The notes below the pieces were generated by a model, which ran no database searches, had not been told where the DNA came from, and saw only the letters and a program-made list of their open reading frames with translations. From Porphyridium purpureum (taxonomy: Eukaryota), in NCBI GenBank assembly GCA_008690995.1, contig VRMN01000001.1:930001-994000 (forward strand): a DNA stretch of 64,000 bases, given 5' to 3'. Positions within the stretch are counted from its first letter, which is position 1. Each line of letters opens with the position of its first letter. A program made the position numbers and the translations under genes. This document shows positions 21,536 through 31,913 of this stretch, one piece after another.

Positions 21536-22156
21536 CTAGTACGCGCGTCGATTTTCAAAGAGCTTGCGGATTCGGACGACCTGTGCGGCAGCCACTGCAA
21601 CGATCAGGGCACATTCCACCAGCGACCAGTACATGACTCGTCGGCGATTGCTCTCCGCGGTCTTGCGGTGCCGGGCCTCGCGCGCCTTGAAGCTCGCGAG
21701 ATCGATCTTCGCAGCAGACACGAGCGAGTTCAGGCGCTCCACTGCATAAACCATATCATTCACATGCTCCTCCTTGATGACCTGTGAGAGCCCAAAATCG
21801 TTTTCGATGTTGACCCAGAATGACACCTCGGTCGCAGCGTACGAGTTGCTGAAGCAAAAGGTGTACTCGCCGTCCTCCTCGGCCACAAAGTCGATCCGTC
21901 CCTCACTCTCCGCCTCGAACTTCTTGATGATCATGCCTCTCGGCGACTTGACTTCCAGGTACACGTATGCGCCGTAGCCCCACGACACCACATCAAAGAA
22001 CGCGAGCACTTTGTTCTGCTTGTGCGTGAGCTCGTAGAAGCAGAGCGGCTTCTGACCAGGCTCAATGCTGAACGACAGGCCTGACACAACACGCATAACG
22101 CACGCGGCCGCCGCGCACGCCAGCGCCACGCTCCATACTGTCCAAACCCGTCGCAT
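21536..22156 (-). CDS. p24/emp24/TMED family GOLD-domain cargo receptor
   Basis: Signal peptide, GOLD cysteines (CFYE...GEYTFCFSN), coiled coil, TM helix and short tail FENRRAY. Confidence 0.9.
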   Translation of the reverse strand: MRRVWTVWSVALACAAAACVMRVVSGLSFSIEPGQKPLCFYELTHKQNKVLAFFDVVSWGYGAYVYLEVKSPRGMIIKKFEAESEGRIDFVAEEDGEYTFCFSNSYAATEVSFWVNIENDFGLSQVIKEEHVNDMVYAVERLNSLVSAAKIDLASFKAREARHRKTAESNRRRVMYWSLVECALIVAVAAAQVVRIRKLFENRRAY

Positions 22157-22310
22157 CGTCCTTGTGTTCCTTACTCTCCCTTGGTCTCCCGCGTCTGCAC
22201 TCGTAGCCCTGTGCGCGATGGCCCGCTTCAAAGACTTCTCGAGTGGTCCCGATTCTTGCTAAACGATCTTGTTTTATTGATAAAAGTTCGAACCCATCGT
22301 TTTTTATATG

Positions 22311-22389
22311 GTACAGTCCTCCGTCACCAGGTTCAGACATGCGTACAGTGCAGAGAAGTACAGCTTCATGAACCGAATGGGTGTACAGT
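22311..22389. promoter_or_regulatory. Cluster of GTACAG(T/C) motifs between divergent p24 and HIG1 genes
   Basis: GTACAGT at 22311, 22343 and 22383; GTACAGC at 22358. Confidence 0.45.
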
Positions 22390-22549
22390 GAACCGATAAG
22401 AACCGAACTGGTTTGTGGAGCGCGTGCGCGCAGTGGTGAGCCGACGCGCTGCTTCCGCTTCCGCGACAGAAGCTCCGAGCCGGGCACAAAGAGTGTGCGT
22501 GTGGTTGCGACGTGGCAGTAAGTTTTTGTCAGGAAAGAACGACAAGTCA

Positions 22550-22942
22550 ATGGGCGAGCGGCCAAGCGGAGCGCCGGAGGACGCGGCGCCCGCGGCGCCC
22601 GCGGCGCCGGCGCCAGTGCGCGTGGAAATGTTCATGGAACAGGAGCCCCCGAGGGGCTTTATTGCGCCAGACGTGACAAAGCTGAACGACCGCAAGATGG
22701 AGCTCGCCAAGAAGAATCCGCTGGTCTTGGTGGGCACGGGAGTAACATGCTTTGTACTGGCTCGTGGGCTGGTGGCGATGAGGCGCGGGGATTCGCGCAC
22801 AAGCCAGCTCATGATGCGTGGGCGCGTCGCGGCACAAGGATTTACGGTCGCCGTGCTCGCTGCAAGCGCAGCTTACGTAAGTTACCGCGAGAAGCAAGCA
22901 ACAGCCGCGCCTGAGGCTGAGATTGCCGAAGAAAAGGCTTAA
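22550..22942 (+). CDS. HIG1-domain / Rcf1-like mitochondrial inner-membrane protein
   Basis: KKNPLVLVG...GLVAMRRGDSRTSQLMMRGRVAAQGFTV. Confidence 0.88.
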   Translation: MGERPSGAPEDAAPAAPAAPAPVRVEMFMEQEPPRGFIAPDVTKLNDRKMELAKKNPLVLVGTGVTCFVLARGLVAMRRGDSRTSQLMMRGRVAAQGFTVAVLAASAAYVSYREKQATAAPEAEIAEEKA

Positions 22943-23136
22943 CTTTGAGCGCACGCATAGGAGACTCCTTGCTATTCTATATTGGTAAGTTGGGTAGATT
23001 GGGTTAATGACTGTTGAGCGCCTTTGTACCGACTGAACGTTTATGTACGAATAAATAATCAGCGATTTCTGACGAGAATGGTAGCCGAATCATGCGGGAC
23101 TCGCCCATTCATGGCCACCTGAAAGCGCCGATTCGC

Positions 23137-23904
23137 TCAGTGGCCTTTCCAACCGCCCTTTTTCGGAACACTATCCGTGACGATAGCAAAAATGATGATC
23201 ATGATGACGATGAGAAATAGGGCGCCGGACATCATGACTGGCCCGTATGGATCGTCCCAATCATCCGGCGAGCGAAGGCCCTGCCGCAAGGCCCGTCGCC
23301 GCATAAAGTACCTGAACAGCCCATAGTAGATGAAGAAAAATGACAGAATCCAAATGATAAAGACCATCCAAGTGCGACCTGGCGTGGATTGACCGAAAAA
23401 GGTGAGAATGAACGTCCCCATGGCGCCGAGGTGGAAGCCGAAAAACAACCACTTGAAGAATGTGCGCTCGTTTGCCATATGCGTCTTAATGTCATCATCC
23501 TTATTCTTCTTCTTCTTGACCAGCGGCTGAGCTTCCAGATCTGGCAGGAGCGCCGTGGTCTCATCGGCCTTCTTGTCCTTATCTTTCTCCTTGTCCTTGT
23601 CCTTCTCTTTGTCCTTCTTCTTCTTATCCTTATCCTTCTTCTTCTTGGCGCCGCCTGCGCCGTCTGCGCCGTCTGCTAATGCTTCCGAGTCTGCCTCGAC
23701 ATCCTCTTCCTCATCCGGTCTCGGCACATCCTCTTCCCCTTCCGGCTTTGGAAAGTCGCCTTCCTCTTCCGGCTTCGGAACATCTACTTTCTCGTGCGGT
23801 GGCACAGCCTCAGGGTGTCCAGCGGCAAGCCCTTGCCCCCCTACTTCTGGATCCAACGGGGCCGCCATGCTCACCGCATCTTGCTCACCGCCCGGCTCCG
23901 CCAT
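23137..23904 (-). CDS. VTC1: VTC1-like DUF202 three-TM protein (vacuolar polyphosphate complex subunit) with an acidic and KD-rich N-terminus
   Basis: KTHMANERTFFKWL followed by three TM helices and DPYGP. An upstream ATG at 24054 is also possible. Confidence 0.8.
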   Translation of the reverse strand: MAEPGGEQDAVSMAAPLDPEVGGQGLAAGHPEAVPPHEKVDVPKPEEEGDFPKPEGEEDVPRPDEEEDVEADSEALADGADGAGGAKKKKDKDKKKKDKEKDKDKEKDKDKKADETTALLPDLEAQPLVKKKKNKDDDIKTHMANERTFFKWLFFGFHLGAMGTFILTFFGQSTPGRTWMVFIIWILSFFFIYYGLFRYFMRRRALRQGLRSPDDWDDPYGPVMMSGALFLIVIMIIIFAIVTDSVPKKGGWKGH

Positions 23905-24630
23905 GCCCGCTGCTTGATTCCCTACGGCAAATGAACCGTTCCCCCGTGTTACTCCGTTGGCCCGTCCCACTGACCACTCCTTCTTCGCCCACGCGCCGCC
24001 TCCAAGTTCCTGCCCGTCTCTATACCAGATTCGATCCTTCGCCTGAACCTCCATTTAAAAGAGAACTGGCTAATGGTAAAGTGACTTCGTCCGGCGCTGT
24101 ACTTCAAACTGCACGTGACGACAGCGTTCGAGAACGAGCAGAGAAGAACGAAATGACGCGGTTGCAGTCGGCATGGCCGCTACGCGCGTGCGGACGGGAC
24201 CTCGCGCGCAATTCGAAGGAGTATGTTCTATTCATGTGCGGCATTAATGCTTCGAATGTAAAGAAAAAACTAACCGGACTACAAGAGCAACCGCCGAGGA
24301 CAATACGCCATGGCAAGAAAAAAGAAGCCGCTGCCGTTGGTCTCGTGCGACCTTCCGCCAATCGAAATCGGAGAGTTCAACGTGAACGCGCTCATGCGTC
24401 GCATTCTGTGAAAAGAATAGGAGTTATGCTAAAGAAAAAAAATGCTTTTCTACCGTTCGCCGGGAACAGAATCTGGCGGCAAGTCCCAGCGGAACTCGCC
24501 CGAATCCCGTTCGGGCTCACATACTGAAGACCTTAACTGTAATCGAGCCTTCCGCACAGCGCCACGGCATAGGAAACGACTATTCATCATTTGCAGGAGC
24601 CAGCAGTAGCTGACCAACGGGTGTTTGCGT

Positions 24631-25212
24631 TTAGCTTAGATAGCTCAGTTCTCTGTCACGAAGCTGTCGGCTCACGTGGTCTTCGTGGTACTTGGAAAAT
24701 ACCTGCCATTGGTCGGCCAGCCTCTCCTCGAGCAGGGCCTGCAGCCGTTGCTCAGTGTTACGTTCGGTCTCTCTCACGGCTTTCCTCACAACAGACCTCA
24801 AGTCGCGAAAGGACAGGACGGGGTCTGATTCCCCGGCGAGTCCGTTGAGCAGAAGCGCCCGCTTCTTCGACGGAATCAGTGCAACCAAGTGCAAATCTTC
24901 CTCTGGACTTGTTGCCCGGCTTGACGGATGCGCAGCTCCGTTACTTTCTGATTCACCCGACTCGTTGTCCTCGCTTGACGACGACGAGGTCGCGTCTGCC
25001 TCGGCACCGACTTTCTTCGGACTGGCGTGAAGCTGCAGGCTCCTCACTGTCGCATCCATGCCCGCGGCCGTCCGCGCGCGCTTGCCCGAGGCAAGCGCGT
25101 ACCTATCGAACACCATTTTCCCCACACCCAGCGCGCGGTGATGCGGCGGCGAGTCGGTCAACATCATCGCGTCAGCGAACGCGCGCTTCTCGCCAATAAT
25201 GCCCGCGCTCAT
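24631..25212 (-). CDS. Akirin-like nuclear protein
   Basis: C-terminus LEERLADQWQVFSKYHEDHVSRQLRDRELSYLS* parallels the akirin KLAEQYDxFVKFTxDQI...SYVS* signature; KR-rich NLS-like motifs. Confidence 0.7.
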   Translation of the reverse strand: MSAGIIGEKRAFADAMMLTDSPPHHRALGVGKMVFDRYALASGKRARTAAGMDATVRSLQLHASPKKVGAEADATSSSSSEDNESGESESNGAAHPSSRATSPEEDLHLVALIPSKKRALLLNGLAGESDPVLSFRDLRSVVRKAVRETERNTEQRLQALLEERLADQWQVFSKYHEDHVSRQLRDRELSYLS

Positions 25213-25537
25213 CTTGGCGAAGGAGCCAGACACCCTCCGCACCTGGCGCCTCCCCGATTCCTCCCTCCCGTCTGCCTGCCTACCCGCCGCTCCCCAGACG
25301 CGCCACAATAACCAGCGCAGCGCCACCGCCTCGTCGTCCCCGACCCTGTCCTGCACACTCGGTTTGTCTCGGCGCTTTCTTTCTCCGCCCCCTTTTGCTC
25401 TCCCCACCTGTCGCGCCTTTTTATTAGGAAGCGCTGTACAAAGCCCACACAACCTTATTAAAGCAGCATAATTTATTAGGTTTCTCTGAAAAGGGAACCC
25501 TAATGTCACGATTTGCACGAAAAGGTCGGTAGATAGG

Positions 25538-28510
25538 TTACTGCCACGGCTCCGGCTCATCCAGGCCAAAGTCCTTGCCACTGAAAAGAACCTTCTGTCC
25601 GCCAAGGCGCTGAGCGGCTTCGGTGAACGAGGACCACGTCGAGCCCAGCATGTAGCGCGTCCGCGACAAGAGGAGAATATCGGCGAGCGCGTACCGCTCG
25701 CACTCGCCGCGCCGGTCATTGCACTGCCGCGCCAAGTACCGGATGGACTTGGCCGGTAGACTCTGCAGTATGGTCTCGATGGCACTCGTTGTATCCGACG
25801 CAACGTAAAATGTCGTCGAAGGGTCTGTGCTCAGGATTTTGGCCATTTTGGCCACAAAGACGCGCACATGCGAGCGAGAGCGCCAGTAGTTGATCGTTCT
25901 CGTCGCGTTTGGGCCGTAGTCGACCTGCGGCTCAGCAGCGTCCGCCAAGAGCTCCATACGCACGTGCACGCCAACCGAGTCCGACACTACACTGCCCAGA
26001 GAATCAACTAAGCGCACGACTTCCTCCACAGGTTGCAAAGTGTGAAGCATTTGGCTCTCGAGCTTCCACGTGACCAGCTTCCCAGTCGCATTCAGCACAC
26101 TGCTCGACCGGAAGTAAATGTGCCTTTCCGGATCATGAACAATGACAGCACCCTTGTGCGCACCCTCTTCACCCTCCATATAATTGTACAGGACGCATCC
26201 TGACCAGTCCCCGTTGTCGTCTCCGCCATCCGGTGAGCGCGCGAGCTCCATGATTTCAGACCACGACAGCGGCCACTCGGAAATGACATCAAATTGCGCA
26301 TTCGGCTCAAACAGCTCTTCGTACAACGCCTGCAGATGTGCGTCCTTTTCCCAAACCACCAGAAGCACGCGCTGCGTCGCGCGAGCAAAAGCCATTGCTG
26401 ACGCTAGAGCTCGCAATCGATTCCCTAGTCCGTGCTGCACATGCGCGATGAACAACTTGCGTCCTTGTAGCAGCTGCTCCATGATTAATTCGCGCTGGCC
26501 GGCAACTGGAACGTGGTCAATCACCGCGCGCGGAACCAAGAAACGCTTGTTTGCTCGGGACGCAATGGCATTCATCCACAACTCATTGCTCTCCGTTTCG
26601 GGCAAGTATAAGGGAAGAGTCTTTGGTTTTGAGACAGCACGGACCGACACAAACCCATTGCCTGCATACTGCACCAGATAAGAGGAACAGCAGCTGCACT
26701 GAGAATTGGACTTGACTGACGAGAATGTTGGGGGAGCAGGTTCGCACCCGGTGTCCGGCCAGCTGCCCAATTGCTTCAACAACATCGATTCAAACTCGGC
26801 CTCCACTTCGTCCAAGATGGCAGCCGATGATGAGGATGCGTCTACCGAAGGAGCATCATCCGGGACGTCGCCGTCTTCCCCAGCAATCACGACCAAGCGC
26901 GCCAGAGACTCCTCCAAGGGCACTATCTGCATGCTGGCGCGTCGCGCGCGTTCAAGAAACTCAGACATGGGCCAGTTCAAACCCGATCCTGTCGCTGAAG
27001 TGGTGCTCGTGGCCGCTGAAGAGCTCGAGTCCATGGGCCAGTAGACTCTGGCAGCTAAGCGTTCGTCTAGCCCTTGAAGTTTCCAGAATTCGATGCGCTC
27101 AATCACAACCAGTGAACCTGACGGCGTAGCCTGGATCATCCCCGATTCCTGTGGGCGCAGATCATGCTGCAAGGTACCCGGTCCCAGCTCGTACTCGCAA
27201 CTCAAAAACACAAGGGTTCGGTGTGATGCCATGGTCGCAGCTAAATTGAGCGCTCTGGCGAAGGAAAAATCGCGCTCCAAATTTACCCGAACCAGTTTGA
27301 AGCGATCGTTGCTGGCCACAAGAGGCTCGAACTGATCCGTCAGGCTCGGTTCAGAAGCCCAGTCTAAGAGCACGACCTCACTGATTTCGCTTGTCATTAA
27401 GAGTGAATCGAGCGTGTTTTGCACTAGATGGAAAGGCTGTTTAGAGCACGCAGTCACAAGCGCAAAGCCAGGCTTCTCTGGAAGGAGTGAGTCTCCTGCA
27501 ACGAGTACAATGTTCTGCGGTAGTACAAGATCGTCCAGCTCCGCCGCGACGACGACTGCCGACGCTCCAGGGTCGTGATCACTGCGATGCAAGCCGGTCA
27601 AGTCCAGAGATGCGTCTTTGGATTGAGCAAGCAGGTCAGGTGCACTGTGGCCTGTCGTCGACTGCTTTGAGCCACGCTGCTTGAGCTGGCGTTTTGCAAG
27701 CAACTTGGCTTTCAGAAAGAGCATTTCGACCGGGTGCTCTAGCATGGCGAGCGCCGGATCTGCGGGACGATGCCGTAAAGATTTGTCGTTGCTCCTGCCG
27801 CCTAAGGAAGCCAGAAGCAGTGCGCAAAGTAGCACGATACTAAATGCAAGGACAAGCAACGTCACTGTTCTAGACCGCGATTTGAAGTCGGCATTCTTTA
27901 AATCAAGCAGTGCCCGTCTCATATCCTTCACAGTAACAGACTTCATCCAATACTTGAATGCCCCTGCCCGATTCTGCTTGAGTGATCCGGCGCCAGCCTC
28001 GATGTCGCTAGCTCTTTCATGTTCTCTCTTTGGAAGGTACGGGTGACGTGTGTGAGTTTGCTGTGAGGAATGGTGCGTACGCGCTCCCTCTTCTGCTGGT
28101 CTCATATGCACACTTGATGGTCGTTCACTTGTATTAACTATTGCGGTTTCGCCACTGCGGTACACATGCGCATGCGCTCCGGAGTCATGAGCAGGCCCAG
28201 CCACTCCCGCTGCCACTGCGTACGACGATTCAACATTCCGCGCTTCTGGCGTCGCCGCCGACACTGTTGCCGGTCGTGCGCCAGTGGCACTTGCATCCGG
28301 TCGTCCCAAAAATGGCAAATACGTTGTACTGCCTGTCGACCCTCGTGCTACTTGGCCGAGCTGCTGATTCACGTCGCTCGACGACAAACCCACTGCACCG
28401 CCTGACGCTGCGCGCGCCTCTGGACGCGCGGCGGCGCTTGCTGGTGTGCTCGCATCTGTTTGCGGAGCTATCCCGCTGGGTCGGTACGGCACGCGCGCCG
28501 GGCCTGGCAT
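25538..28510 (-). CDS. Type II membrane glycosyltransferase: GT-A-like domain fused to a fucosyltransferase-like GT-B domain
   Basis: TM LLVLAFSIVLLCALLLA; GT-A-like EVVLLDWAS, FSFARALNLA and FWKLQGLDER; FucT-like HGLGNRLRALAS, GVHVR, FYVASD and DILLLSRTRYMLGSTWSSF. Confidence 0.8.
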   Translation of the reverse strand: MPGPARVPYRPSGIAPQTDASTPASAAARPEARAASGGAVGLSSSDVNQQLGQVARGSTGSTTYLPFLGRPDASATGARPATVSAATPEARNVESSYAVAAGVAGPAHDSGAHAHVYRSGETAIVNTSERPSSVHMRPAEEGARTHHSSQQTHTRHPYLPKREHERASDIEAGAGSLKQNRAGAFKYWMKSVTVKDMRRALLDLKNADFKSRSRTVTLLVLAFSIVLLCALLLASLGGRSNDKSLRHRPADPALAMLEHPVEMLFLKAKLLAKRQLKQRGSKQSTTGHSAPDLLAQSKDASLDLTGLHRSDHDPGASAVVVAAELDDLVLPQNIVLVAGDSLLPEKPGFALVTACSKQPFHLVQNTLDSLLMTSEISEVVLLDWASEPSLTDQFEPLVASNDRFKLVRVNLERDFSFARALNLAATMASHRTLVFLSCEYELGPGTLQHDLRPQESGMIQATPSGSLVVIERIEFWKLQGLDERLAARVYWPMDSSSSAATSTTSATGSGLNWPMSEFLERARRASMQIVPLEESLARLVVIAGEDGDVPDDAPSVDASSSSAAILDEVEAEFESMLLKQLGSWPDTGCEPAPPTFSSVKSNSQCSCCSSYLVQYAGNGFVSVRAVSKPKTLPLYLPETESNELWMNAIASRANKRFLVPRAVIDHVPVAGQRELIMEQLLQGRKLFIAHVQHGLGNRLRALASAMAFARATQRVLLVVWEKDAHLQALYEELFEPNAQFDVISEWPLSWSEIMELARSPDGGDDNGDWSGCVLYNYMEGEEGAHKGAVIVHDPERHIYFRSSSVLNATGKLVTWKLESQMLHTLQPVEEVVRLVDSLGSVVSDSVGVHVRMELLADAAEPQVDYGPNATRTINYWRSRSHVRVFVAKMAKILSTDPSTTFYVASDTTSAIETILQSLPAKSIRYLARQCNDRRGECERYALADILLLSRTRYMLGSTWSSFTEAAQRLGGQKVLFSGKDFGLDEPEPWQ

Positions 28511-28849
28511 GTCGAAACGCCCTGCGGCATGTACGACGAACAATCTGATGCTACCTTCGCACTGGGAAATCCTATTTTCCACTCCACGACACGAAGCTCA
28601 ATCGCTTGTCATCTTTGAATCATTGAAAGATGAGATATGGAAATATAGTTATCTTTAAGATCGTAAAGATGTCTTTGTCATTCTTAAATATTCAAAGATG
28701 CCATATTTTTATCATATGATATACAGATGACGTATTTCCGTTCGTGTCATCATCTGGGCGCCGCGCGCGTGACACCGGCTGCGCGGTGGCGGCGGGAAAG
28801 CGAGAGAAGGTTGCGGTGGTGGTGTGACACGCACGGCGCGGTGTGATGC

Positions 28850-30466
28850 ATGATGGCTGAGTTTGTGCCGGTGAGTGGGAAGCGCCGTGCGGGCGGGCCG
28901 CTGCGGCAGTCTGCCGAGTCGAGGTTCTGGGCGTCGCACAAGGTGTGCGGCGAGGTGCAGCTGACCGGAGCCGCGACGCACGTGGAGTTTGTGCCAGGCG
29001 GCAGTGAGCTGGGTGTGACCGCCGGCGCGCGTGTGGTGCTGTGGAATGGAACTGCGTCAGCGCCGCACCGTGCGGTCGCGCGCTTCAAGGATACAGCTTA
29101 TTCGGGATCCTTTAAGAAAGATGGCCGCTTGCTCGTCGCCGGTGGCGAGAATGGGGTCGTGCAGTTGTTTGAGCTCAGCTCGCGCGCCATTTTGCGCAAG
29201 TTTCAGGGGCACGCGTCTGCAGTACATTCGGTCAAGTTTTCTCAGGATGGGCTGCGCGTCGTGTCCGCTGGGGACGATCGTACCGTGCGCGTGTGGGATA
29301 TTCCCACCCACGAGTGCCTGACAGAGCTGCACGGACACACTGACTTTGTTCGCGCACAGGCGCGAGCACCGGCTTCTGCGCATCTGTGGGCAACGGGTTG
29401 TTTTGATCATCAATTTCGGCTGTTCGACCTGCGCCAGAAAAAGCGCAGAAATCTGATGCAGATGGATCACGCCTTCCCAATTGCCGATACCTTGCTTCTT
29501 CCTGGGGGAACACTTGCCGTTACGGCGGGCGGTGAGGAGGTCCGCATTTGGGATCTGGTTGCGGGCGGTAAGCTGTTGAGCCGCTTGCGTAATCATTCGA
29601 AGGCGGTCACGGCACTCTGTCTGAGCAGCACCGCGTCGCATCTCATGAGTGGCGGGCTCGACGGCCTGATTAATATATATAATCTCGAAACCCAGCGCAT
29701 GGAACACTCACTAGCGTTTCCGGGCCAAATCTTGTCCATAGACGCAGCTCCTGATGGTATGCGCATTGCGGCGGGTCTGGCGACAGGAAACGCGATCGTG
29801 CGAATCCGCGCCAAGTCCAACCAGGCAGGAGCCGAATTCCGATCAGCTTTGCCAGCTGCTCGTGGGGATGGCGGTGCCGACTTTCGAGGATGGACGCTTG
29901 GTCGGCCGAAGCTCACCGCGCAAACAGCCAGTACACCGCGGCTTGGCAGTCAGCGCTACTTTCTTCGTGGCCCAGCTGAATTGCCGTACGCCGACGATAA
30001 AGTCGTCAAGCACAAGAAGAAACCAAAGCAGAACGCATGGGACGCACACTTGCGCAACTTCGAGTATGCAAAAGCGCTAGACGCGTGCCTGACCAGCCGC
30101 CAGCCGCCAGCCATCACCGTGGCGGTACTCGAAGAGCTCATGTTACGGCGCGGCCTGCTGATCTGCCTGCAAGGACGCAGTCAGTCTGAGCTCTTGCCTG
30201 TCATCCGCATGCTCTCCGCTCACCTCTGTGACCCGATGTTTTCGCGGACGCTGCTTGAGGTGGCCAACCTTCTGCTCGACCTGTATGCTCCAATGGCATT
30301 CGTGAGCGTGCCGTTTCGGGAAGGCCTGCTCAAGCTTCATGCGACTGTGGCAAAGGAACTTGCCACACAGCGGTTGATGCGTAAATTGCAAGGCTCGGTC
30401 GAGGTGCTGCTGCAGCTGCGCACCGTGTCCTCAATTGCCGTCTCCACGGCCGTCGCCCTGCCATGA
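28850..30466 (+). CDS. UTP15: U3 snoRNP/SSU processome WD40 protein UTP15
   Basis: RFKDTAYSGSFKKDGRLLVAG, WD40 repeats, and UTP15 C-terminal WDAHLRNFEYAKALD...VLEELMLRRGL. Confidence 0.92.
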   Translation: MMAEFVPVSGKRRAGGPLRQSAESRFWASHKVCGEVQLTGAATHVEFVPGGSELGVTAGARVVLWNGTASAPHRAVARFKDTAYSGSFKKDGRLLVAGGENGVVQLFELSSRAILRKFQGHASAVHSVKFSQDGLRVVSAGDDRTVRVWDIPTHECLTELHGHTDFVRAQARAPASAHLWATGCFDHQFRLFDLRQKKRRNLMQMDHAFPIADTLLLPGGTLAVTAGGEEVRIWDLVAGGKLLSRLRNHSKAVTALCLSSTASHLMSGGLDGLINIYNLETQRMEHSLAFPGQILSIDAAPDGMRIAAGLATGNAIVRIRAKSNQAGAEFRSALPAARGDGGADFRGWTLGRPKLTAQTASTPRLGSQRYFLRGPAELPYADDKVVKHKKKPKQNAWDAHLRNFEYAKALDACLTSRQPPAITVAVLEELMLRRGLLICLQGRSQSELLPVIRMLSAHLCDPMFSRTLLEVANLLLDLYAPMAFVSVPFREGLLKLHATVAKELATQRLMRKLQGSVEVLLQLRTVSSIAVSTAVALP

Positions 30467-30547
30467 GGTTAAGCTAATTTTGGATAAACAAAGATCGCAC
30501 GCGTGAGGTCTAGGCTTCGTCCCGTTTTGTGTTCAGCTCCAAAAGTC

Positions 30548-31819
30548 ATGGCCGGTCGTAGCCCGGGCACGGGCACCGCGTATGTCGCATCGCACCGTGT
30601 GAAGGCCACGTCGCCTGCCATCATCGATGAACTACTGCAGGAATACGGGGGGCGCGTCGAGTACAACCTGGGCGCCGGTAGTGCCGGATTTGACGCGCCA
30701 CAAAGTGTGGCAGCGACCTTTGTTAGCGCTTCGTGCAGCAGTGAACGGAAAGGCAAGCTTGAGTCCTTCTGTGGTTACGGCGACGTGGCTGGCGACGCCG
30801 ATCTTCGCTCACATTTCACACAAAAGTTGGTGGAGCAGTATGGCGCGGACCCTTTTGGCGACTTGGGTGTTATTGTGACAGCTGGCGCGAACAACGCATT
30901 CGTGACGGCGATTCTAGGATGCACAGATGTTGGTGACGAAGTGGTGGTACCTTCACCATTTTACTTCTCTCATGAAATGGTTCTGCAGACACATGGTGTA
31001 CAGATGGTGCGCTCGCCGCGCTTGCCTCCCGCCATGCTACCCAGCGTGGACGACATGGTGGCGCGTTTCTCACCGCGTACACGCGCCGTCGTGCTGACTT
31101 CACCATGTAATCCAACGGGTGCGGTATTGTGCAAGAGCGAGTGCCAAAGGCTGCTGCGCGCATGCCGCGAGCGCGCGATCTGGCTCATTTTCGACGCGGC
31201 ATACGAACACTTCGTGTATGAGAATGGAACAGGCGACACAAGCGACGGGCTACCACTACCGTGCGCAAGCGATGGTGTCATGTATCTTTTCACCATGTCA
31301 AAGTCATACGCGCTGGCTGGTATTCGTGTTGGGTTCCTTGTTCATCCGCCACACATGACGGACCAGCTGCTGAAGGTGCAGGACGCCAACATTACACATC
31401 CGACACGCTTTTCGCAACACATTGCTCTCCATGTATTGCGCTCGTCAACATCAAGCTGGCACGCACAGCACCGTAGCTACCTCAAACAGATTCGAGACCG
31501 GCTTGTTGAGCTTTTGCGGCCCGTCGTACCAACTTTGAATTGCCCGCACGGCGCCTTCTACCTATTCATTCCGCTGCCGCCTGGCACTCTCGACGCAGAA
31601 GCCGCACATTTCTTGGCAAGAACATATGGTCTGTTGCTCATTCCAGGCTCAGCATTCGGCACTTTGGCTTTGACGAATGGGGACACGCAGTACCTACGCC
31701 TCAGCTTTGCCAAGTTAACGCTCACGGATACCGAGACGGTTGCGGCTCGTTTGCGTGCGGGTCTCTCGGCCCTTTCGCAACGGCCCAGTCCGAGAAAGCT
31801 GGATGTGAAAACAGTTTGA
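30548..31819 (+). CDS. PLP-dependent class I/II aminotransferase (ISS1/VAS1-like aromatic/methionine aminotransferase type)
   Basis: VTAGANNAFV, SPCNPTG, DAAYEHF, SKSYALAGIRVG, GAFYLF, PGSAFG, LRLSF. Confidence 0.88.
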   Translation: MAGRSPGTGTAYVASHRVKATSPAIIDELLQEYGGRVEYNLGAGSAGFDAPQSVAATFVSASCSSERKGKLESFCGYGDVAGDADLRSHFTQKLVEQYGADPFGDLGVIVTAGANNAFVTAILGCTDVGDEVVVPSPFYFSHEMVLQTHGVQMVRSPRLPPAMLPSVDDMVARFSPRTRAVVLTSPCNPTGAVLCKSECQRLLRACRERAIWLIFDAAYEHFVYENGTGDTSDGLPLPCASDGVMYLFTMSKSYALAGIRVGFLVHPPHMTDQLLKVQDANITHPTRFSQHIALHVLRSSTSSWHAQHRSYLKQIRDRLVELLRPVVPTLNCPHGAFYLFIPLPPGTLDAEAAHFLARTYGLLLIPGSAFGTLALTNGDTQYLRLSFAKLTLTDTETVAARLRAGLSALSQRPSPRKLDVKTV

Positions 31820-31913
31820 TAGATTCACACTGATCTTGCCAGCATATCTTCTTTGAATTGAATTGCCAGTCATCTTCAGTTACTTGTTTCACAAGTGCAC
31901 CCGCCCTAGTGTT

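Noticed and set aside
25495..25504. AACCCTAA telo-box-like motifs (also near 13971, 43791 and 59363)
   Set aside because: They are few and imperfect, and compatible with chance.
25213..25803. N-terminal 197 aa of the 390-aa ORF 24631-25803, overlapping the glycosyltransferase end
   Set aside because: It is an open-frame extension with a non-ATG start that runs through intergenic DNA. The real start is probably ATG 25212.
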